DNA of 51,339 nucleotides from Actinomycetota bacterium (GTDB lineage: Bacteria; Actinomycetota; Actinomycetes; Nanopelagicales; Nanopelagicaceae), in contig JAQCKU010000001.1 in NCBI GenBank assembly GCA_027592195.1, positions 1-51,339 on the forward strand, written 5' to 3'. The notes beneath the pieces are model-generated. The model saw nothing but the letters and a program-made list of their open reading frames with translations. It was not told the origin of the DNA and did not search any database. Below, in pieces: positions 45,423 through 51,339 of the stretch. Positions within the stretch are counted from its first letter, which is position 1; each line of letters opens with the position of its first letter. The position numbers and the translations under genes were made by a program.

Positions 45423-46382
45423 TTAACGGTCAATTATCGATGCCCCGACAACAGGGCCGCCTGCTCGAACCACATTACCCACAACTCCACTTGAGGTAAG
45501 TGCCACAACTAGATCAAGGCCATGATCATCATCTGATGCAAGAAAGGCCACAGTTGGTCCCGAACCCGAGACGATTGCCCCCAGCGCTCCGTAATCCATC
45601 CCAACATCAAGAATAAGTCGAAGCGCTGGACGTATTGAACAGGCAGCAAGTTGCAGATCATTATGAAGTGATTTACCAAGCGCTTTTGCATCCCCACTAC
45701 TTAAAGCCTGCATCAATGATTCATTTATCTGAGGTTGTGAAATCTGCATTCCTTCGCGGAGACGATCGCATTCTCCATAAACAGCAGGAGTTGATAAACC
45801 ATTACTTGATAATGCAAATACCCAGAAATAGTTTCCTCGGGCAAGAACAGGTGTCAGCCGGTCTCCTTTACCGGTTCCAATCGCGGTACCACCTGATATG
45901 GAGAAGGGAACATCACTACCCAACTCGCTGCCTAACTCTTCCATCTCTGATTTCGAGAGACCAAGATGAAAAAGTGAATCAACTGCAATAATCACACCGG
46001 CTGCATCTGCACTTCCACCTGCCATACCACCAGCAACTGGAATATTTTTTTCAATTGATATCTCTAACTCTTCAGAGAGGTTAAATTTTTTAAACATCAA
46101 TTGAGCAGCCTTAATCGCTAGATTATTTTTATCAACAGGGATAAATCCAGGATGCTCACTTCTTATACTGAGATAAAATTTATCTGATACCTTTTCAAAT
46201 TTCTTCTCTCTATTAGTACTAGATGAATCAGATCCAGCTATCTTGACTCGAACATCATCGTAGAGAGCTACAGCTTGAAATATAGTCGCAATATTGTGAT
46301 AGCCATCTTCGCCTTTTGGTCCTACCGAGAGCTGAAGATTCACTTTCCCTGGAACACGGACTTGAACCGAACGATCTGCCAC
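45423..46382 (-). CDS. ispE: 4-diphosphocytidyl-2-C-methyl-D-erythritol kinase
   Basis: GHMP kinase motifs PGKVNLQLSVG and PVAGGMAGGSADAAG. Confidence 0.9.
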   Translation of the reverse strand: MADRSVQVRVPGKVNLQLSVGPKGEDGYHNIATIFQAVALYDDVRVKIAGSDSSSTNREKKFEKVSDKFYLSIRSEHPGFIPVDKNNLAIKAAQLMFKKFNLSEELEISIEKNIPVAGGMAGGSADAAGVIIAVDSLFHLGLSKSEMEELGSELGSDVPFSISGGTAIGTGKGDRLTPVLARGNYFWVFALSSNGLSTPAVYGECDRLREGMQISQPQINESLMQALSSGDAKALGKSLHNDLQLAACSIRPALRLILDVGMDYGALGAIVSGSGPTVAFLASDDDHGLDLVVALTSSGVVGNVVRAGGPVVGASIIDR

Positions 46383-46403
46383 AGGAGAGAGAGTACTGCG
46401 AAA

Positions 46404-47327
46404 TTATCGCCAAGTAACAACCTTATATCCAGCAGAATTCAAGGTAATTGCAAGTTCACGAAAATCCTTAACTGTTAGCTGCTCGGCACGGGTTCTTGGA
46501 TCAATTCCAGCTTTCAAAATTAGCGCTTCTAACTCTGGGTTTTCACCAGTACCAGCTGGTGAACTGAAGTGTTTTAATTGATTAAAAAGCGGCGAGAGCG
46601 CACTTCTTAACATTTTCCTTCGCTGATTAAATGCAGCATCAATAAGGGTGAAAACTTCTCTTTGCAGCTCTATCGAACCTAAAGGTTGATGTGTTTCAAA
46701 TGCTAAAAGAGATGAATCAACGCGAGGTACTGGCCAAAATACATTTCTAGAGATGCGATCTGCAATATGTGCAGTTGCAAACCAGGCCAACTTAACACTT
46801 GGCACACCATAAATTCTGCTTCCAGGTTTAGCTGCCAACCGTTCTGCTACCTCACTCTGGACCATAACAATGCCGGAATTGACAATCTCTAACTGTAAAA
46901 AATGTAAGATAACTGGAACAGAGATGTTATATGGCAAATTAGCTACTAATTTAGTAGCTCCTACTATTTCTTCAGCTGAAATTTCTAAGGCATCTTTACC
47001 CACTACTCTTAATTTTTGAGTTGATTCAAGATAACCATTACTTTTTGCAGTGAGTGGAAGTTGGTTGGCTAAACGTGAATCAATCTCGATTGCAATTACC
47101 TCAGCTCCAGTTTTTAAAAGCGCTAAAGTTAAAGATCCAAGACCTGGACCAATCTCAATTACTCGATCCTTATCGGTTACTCTGGCAATTTTTACAATCT
47201 TCTCACAAATATTTGAATCATGAACAAAATTTTGACCTAATGATTTACTCGGATTTAAATCCAAAGCTGCTGCAATTTCGCGGATTTGCGAAGCACCAAG
47301 AAGGAGGATCTCATCGGAGTTGGACAA
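46404..47327 (-). CDS. rsmA: 16S rRNA (adenine1518/1519-N6)-dimethyltransferase RsmA/KsgA
   Basis: LGQNFV and SAM loop VIEIGPGLGSLT. Confidence 0.92.
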   Translation of the reverse strand: MSNSDEILLLGASQIREIAAALDLNPSKSLGQNFVHDSNICEKIVKIARVTDKDRVIEIGPGLGSLTLALLKTGAEVIAIEIDSRLANQLPLTAKSNGYLESTQKLRVVGKDALEISAEEIVGATKLVANLPYNISVPVILHFLQLEIVNSGIVMVQSEVAERLAAKPGSRIYGVPSVKLAWFATAHIADRISRNVFWPVPRVDSSLLAFETHQPLGSIELQREVFTLIDAAFNQRRKMLRSALSPLFNQLKHFSSPAGTGENPELEALILKAGIDPRTRAEQLTVKDFRELAITLNSAGYKVVTWR

Positions 47328-47329
47328 AT

Positions 47330-48205
47330 TTATTCCCCCTCTACCTTTGACTTAAATGATCCAAAACATCGCTCTGCATTTTCACTCAATTGCCAGGTCA
47401 GTTGATCTAAGTCATCTCCACGAATCTGAGCCATAAATCGGATAGTTCTTACCACTTGTGCTGGAGTGTTGAGGTGGCCTCGATATGGAGCGGGGGCCAA
47501 AAACGGTGAATCTGTCTCTGCTAGTAGCTGCTCAGCTGGCACCAATTTAAGTGCTTCGCGAAGTTGTGGAGCATTTTTAAAGGTGAGGGTCCCTGCAAAT
47601 GAGAGGATATAGCCAGCCTCAATACACTCCTTCGCCATCTCTTCATCGCCTGAGAAACAATGAAAAATTGTAGTTTCAGGAGCGCCCTCTTCTTTCAATA
47701 CATCTAAAACTGCTCGATGTGAATCTCGATCATGGATAACCACTGCCTTCTTATTGCGCTTAGCAATATCGATATGCCTTCTAAAGGAGTATCTCTGTTT
47801 TTCCTGCAATTCTGGTGGAGTTCTAAAAAAATCTAAACCTGTTTCACCGATTCCTCGAACGCGCTCTTCTTTGGCCAATTCTTCGATTACTGAAAGATCT
47901 CTCTCAAGATCATCAACTACAGGAGCCTCATTGGGATGAAGGGCAACAGTTGCTAAAACTTGATTATTGAAAAGATTAGCTAGTTGAACGCTCCACTCTG
48001 ACTGTTCGACAGAATAACCAACTTGAACCACTCGATCGATTCCAACAGATGCGCTCTCTTGCAAAACCTTTACTACTGCAGGATCTGTAGGCGAGGTGTT
48101 GGTGACAATCTCTAAATGGGCATGTGAGTCAACGCAGGCCAGATTGAGAGGTTCAGGAAGTGGTGCGCTGGGCCGCTCAAGAGCTCGATCTCTCTTTTCA
48201 CTCAA
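47330..48205 (-). CDS. tatD: TatD-family metal-dependent hydrolase/DNase
   Basis: VDSHAHLE metal-binding motif. 291-aa TIM-barrel hydrolase pattern (GETGLDF, HCFSG). Confidence 0.85.
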   Translation of the reverse strand: MSEKRDRALERPSAPLPEPLNLACVDSHAHLEIVTNTSPTDPAVVKVLQESASVGIDRVVQVGYSVEQSEWSVQLANLFNNQVLATVALHPNEAPVVDDLERDLSVIEELAKEERVRGIGETGLDFFRTPPELQEKQRYSFRRHIDIAKRNKKAVVIHDRDSHRAVLDVLKEEGAPETTIFHCFSGDEEMAKECIEAGYILSFAGTLTFKNAPQLREALKLVPAEQLLAETDSPFLAPAPYRGHLNTPAQVVRTIRFMAQIRGDDLDQLTWQLSENAERCFGSFKSKVEGE

Positions 48206-48255
48206 AATATCTCACCATAAATACTTCTCCATCTGAGGGTTGATTCAATTAAGAA

Positions 48256-49800
48256 TCAATCCTCAAGGCGTGGGAAGAGCGCATCGCCCTTACTTACCTT
48301 TGTTCCCGGTTCCAGTTGGCCCCACTGCGCAACATCAAAAATTTTCATCTGGGAAATATCACCAAGTGAATTACCCCCTATCATTTCCCAGAGTTTTTCT
48401 GATGTTGTTGGCATAACAGGATAAAAGAGTATTGCCAATGCTCTCAGTGACTCTGCTGTGTTATAGAGAATCTCATCAATTTCCTTTTTTCGAGAAGGAT
48501 CTTTTGCTAAAGACCAGGGCTCTTTCTCAGTGAGATAACCATTTACACGTTTACAGAACTCCATAATGGAATTTATTCCAGTTTGAAAATCAAGTTTAAT
48601 AAAAGCATCATCTGCTTTTCTACAAGTATCTACTAAGAATTTCTCTAACTCTTGATCAGAAGATCGCTCAGGTAATACCCCATCGCAATATTTCTCAATC
48701 ATTGCTGTAGCTCTAGATGCCAGATTTCCAAAATCATTAGCCAACTCACTTGTATAGCGAGCCGCCATGTCCTCCCATGAAAATGATCCATCACTTCCAA
48801 AAGGGATTGCTCTCAAGAAGTAATAACGAAATGCATCAACCCCAAAATGAGATGTGATATCAGCTGGTGCTATTCCAGTTAATTTACTCTTACTCATTTT
48901 TTCTCCACCAACAAGCAACCAACCATGAGCAAATACGCGCTCTGGAAGCGGGAGTTTTGCTGCCATCAACATGGCTGGCCAGATAACTGCATGAAAACGG
49001 AGAATATCCTTACCTACTAAATGGACAGAGACAGGCCAGGTTTTTTTAAATTTCTCTCCAAGTTCGCCATCAGAATCCTCTCCAAGACCGACAGCTGTTG
49101 CATAGTTGAGAAGTGCATCAAACCAGACATAAACAACTTGATCTTGATCCCAAGGAACTGGAATTCCCCAGGAAAATGAGGAGCGAGAGATAGATAAATC
49201 TTGGACGCCACCTTCTAGAAATGCTACGACTTCATTTCGTGCGCTCTCTGGCTGGCATGCTTCAGGGTTGTTTCGATATCGATCTAATAGTGGTTGAGCA
49301 AATTCTGATAGTTTAAAGAACCAATTAGTTTCAGAGAGATTTTCTACTGGTTTTGAATGAATGGGACAATTACCATCAATCAGATCACTCTCAAGTTTAA
49401 ACTCTTCACAACCCACACAGTATGGCCCTTCATATTTTCCTTCATAAATAAAACCTGAATCCATTAATCCCTGTAAGAATTTCTGCACCCGAACGATATG
49501 GCGTGGCTGTGTTGTCCTAATAAAATCATCATTTGCAATATTGAGATCTTTCCAAACTGGCTTCCAAGCTTCTTCAACTAAACGATCGCACCAATCTTGA
49601 GGGGCAACGTTATTTGCTTCTGCAGTCCGGAGAACTTTCTCACCATGCTCATCGGTTCCAGTAAGAAACCAGACCTCTTCGCCACGAGCTCTATGCCATC
49701 GAGTTAACACATCACCAGCAACTGTTGTATATGCATGACCAATATGAGGTGCATCATTTACATAGTAAATAGGTGTGGTTAGGTAAAAAGCTTTAGCCAT
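48256..49800 (-). CDS. metG: Methionine--tRNA ligase (short form without the C-terminal dimerisation domain)
   Basis: HIGH (PHIGHAYT) and KMSKS motifs. Zinc knuckle CVGCE...CPIH. Confidence 0.95.
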   Translation of the reverse strand: MAKAFYLTTPIYYVNDAPHIGHAYTTVAGDVLTRWHRARGEEVWFLTGTDEHGEKVLRTAEANNVAPQDWCDRLVEEAWKPVWKDLNIANDDFIRTTQPRHIVRVQKFLQGLMDSGFIYEGKYEGPYCVGCEEFKLESDLIDGNCPIHSKPVENLSETNWFFKLSEFAQPLLDRYRNNPEACQPESARNEVVAFLEGGVQDLSISRSSFSWGIPVPWDQDQVVYVWFDALLNYATAVGLGEDSDGELGEKFKKTWPVSVHLVGKDILRFHAVIWPAMLMAAKLPLPERVFAHGWLLVGGEKMSKSKLTGIAPADITSHFGVDAFRYYFLRAIPFGSDGSFSWEDMAARYTSELANDFGNLASRATAMIEKYCDGVLPERSSDQELEKFLVDTCRKADDAFIKLDFQTGINSIMEFCKRVNGYLTEKEPWSLAKDPSRKKEIDEILYNTAESLRALAILFYPVMPTTSEKLWEMIGGNSLGDISQMKIFDVAQWGQLEPGTKVSKGDALFPRLED

Positions 49801-49815
49801 TTCCCAATCCTAACT

Positions 49816-50661
49816 TCATTCTTTTGAGCTAATAACTAGGTCATATACATAGCGTTTAGCTAGAGATAATTCTTGCGAAACCTGCGAAACGGCATCGCGG
49901 GTGGATCTACCCTGAGCCATCAGCTCTGAAACGCGCGAGATCACATCTTCTGGCGAGATTTTCTCCAACCGCTTAATCGGACCAAATACCAAGGTTAACT
50001 CTCCTTTGATCCCCTCAGATTCTTCTCTTGATTTAGCCCACTCTAAAAGCTCGGTGAGACTTCCCCTCACCACCTCTTCATATTTCTTCGTTAATTCACG
50101 ACATAGCACCACATCTCTGGAATCTGTAATAATCTCTAGCGCCGCTTGCAGTGAAGCTCTCACTCGATGAGGTGACTCAAAAACAATGGTGGTTCGAGCT
50201 TCTTCACTTAATCTTGAGTAGAAAGCATTTCGCGCACCACTTGTTCTTGGAACAAATCCTTCAAAAAGAAAAGAATGAGAAGAGAATCCAGAATGAATCA
50301 ATGCAGTCAATATCGAACTTGGTCCAGGAAGGACTATTACATCTAAATTTCTATTAATACATTCACTAATAAGACGATATCCAGGATCGCTAATTGCAGG
50401 AATACCAGCATCTGAAACCAATAAAACTTTTTCCCCAGCGGTAATTCGTTCAATCAATCCTTCGATACGAGCACCTTCATTAGCTTCAAAGAATGAGAGA
50501 ACTTTCCCGCTGTACCTAACTTCTAGATCTGCAGCAAGACGAGCAAATTTTCTTGAATCTTCAGCAGCGATAAGATCAGCGCTAGCGATCGCCTCTTTCA
50601 ACCGAGCAGAGGCATCTAAGGGATTGCCGATCGGCGTTGCTGCCACAATCAATGGGGTCAT
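49816..50661 (-). CDS. rsmI: 16S rRNA (cytidine1402-2'-O)-methyltransferase RsmI
   Basis: Tetrapyrrole-methylase fold with N-terminal AATPIGN. Divergent from pmt as in mycobacteria. Confidence 0.9.
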   Translation of the reverse strand: MTPLIVAATPIGNPLDASARLKEAIASADLIAAEDSRKFARLAADLEVRYSGKVLSFFEANEGARIEGLIERITAGEKVLLVSDAGIPAISDPGYRLISECINRNLDVIVLPGPSSILTALIHSGFSSHSFLFEGFVPRTSGARNAFYSRLSEEARTTIVFESPHRVRASLQAALEIITDSRDVVLCRELTKKYEEVVRGSLTELLEWAKSREESEGIKGELTLVFGPIKRLEKISPEDVISRVSELMAQGRSTRDAVSQVSQELSLAKRYVYDLVISSKE

Positions 50662-50740
50662 AAGAGTGCTTAGGTTAATGGTTTAAAAGCCTCAATTAGA
50701 TCTTATAAAACTATTTAATCTAGAAGATCTTTTTGAGACT

Positions 50741-51339
50741 ATGCTGTTGGTTATGCTGCTAGAGGCGAAATCTGAGAAGTTCTTCGCTCGATTTACCAAC
50801 AGATCTAATATTGCAATCGCCCTCATAGCCTTATTTGCTGGACTGTTGCGTTTTTGGCGATTGGCAGAGCCAGAGACTCTGGTATTTGATGAAGTTTATT
50901 ATGTAGATGGCGCACGCGATCTCCTCCAGTATGGGGTAGAGATTGAGGGCGAAAAAGGTGAATTTGTTGTTCATCCCCCTCTCGGAAAATGGTTGATTGC
51001 GCTTTCAATTCTCATATTTAGAGATACTTCTTTTAGTTGGCGTTTTAGCTCTGCGCTATTTGGAGTAGCAAGTGTGCTGCTGATCTATCTGATCGCAAAA
51101 GAACTTTTCTCCTCTCATTTTATAGCAATTGGCGCTGCCTTCCTTTTAGCAATCGATGGACTAGCAATTGTTATGTCTCGCACTGCACTCCTTGATAACT
51201 TTTTAACTTTCTTCATTTTACTTAGTTTTTATTTTCTTTTAAAAAATAAAGTGATACTGATGGGAATTTCGTTGGGGCTTGCAGTAGCTGTGAAGTGGAG
51301 TGGTGGCTACTATCTTGCTTTTTTTCTTGGATATCTTCT
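50741..51339 (+). CDS. pmt: Dolichyl-phosphate-mannose--protein O-mannosyltransferase (PMT/GT39 family), N-terminal ~200 codons; continues beyond the window
   Basis: Not in the ORF track because there is no stop. My translation: ...LLRFWRLAEPETLVFDEVYYVDGARDLL...VVHPPLGKWLIAL..., which contains the loop-1 DE motif and multiple TM helices. The start is ATG 50741 or the in-frame ATG 50753 (TATGCT lies 7 nt upstream of the latter). Confidence 0.8.
   Translation, partial: MLLVMLLEAKSEKFFARFTNRSNIAIALIALFAGLLRFWRLAEPETLVFDEVYYVDGARDLLQYGVEIEGEKGEFVVHPPLGKWLIALSILIFRDTSFSWRFSSALFGVASVLLIYLIAKELFSSHFIAIGAAFLLAIDGLAIVMSRTALLDNFLTFFILLSFYFLLKNKVILMGISLGLAVAVKWSGGYYLAFFLGYL

Overview
This is a dense, almost entirely protein-coding 51.3-kb chromosomal segment with about 50 CDS and 2 tRNAs. 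I saw no rRNA, CRISPR array, transposase or integrase. Gene content and order match an actinobacterial core chromosome. Three blocks that I recognise from Mycobacterium tuberculosis gene order (from memory) sit side by side: uvrD2-nudC-adnB-adnA (1-8867); ychF...ispH-xseA-xseB (10793-15919); and ppx-DUF501-ftsB-eno-mazG-mfd-pth-rplY-prs-glmU-tRNA-Gln-ispE-rsmA-tatD-metG-rsmI, facing pmt (33345-51339). The DNA is nevertheless AT-leaning. Genes are packed with 4-8 nt start/stop overlaps (ATGA, TTGA, GTGGTTAG), convergent genes share stop codons, and several first genes look leaderless. That pattern fits a streamlined low-GC actinobacterium, though the lineage assignment is inference only. Between greA (22204) and ppx (33345) lies a non-syntenic, accessory-looking stretch. 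It holds a DrrAB-like ABC exporter, two MFS exporters, a BI-1/YccA membrane protein, an odd tRNA, an SGNH hydrolase-GT4-GT4 operon facing a HAD-IB phosphatase-GDPD pair, and a family-5-like uracil-DNA glycosylase. I did not find a clear-cut novel multi-gene system, and there are no defence-island hallmarks. The most unusual items are: (i) a 73-nt class-I-shaped tRNA with a Leu UAA anticodon and a Leu-like D-arm but no long variable arm; (ii) the tRNA-adjacent GT4/GT4/SGNH plus HAD/GDPD envelope module; (iii) a 13-bp palindrome that supplies back-to-back -10 boxes for two divergent leaderless genes (ispH/xseA) in a 25-bp spacer, an architecture repeated at nudC/EEP; (iv) two 12-bp x3 in-frame tandem repeats lying exactly in gene-gene overlap zones, one hiding an unannotated 54-codon membrane ORF; and (v) a hairpin plus 8-codon uORF in front of a DHA2 efflux pump.
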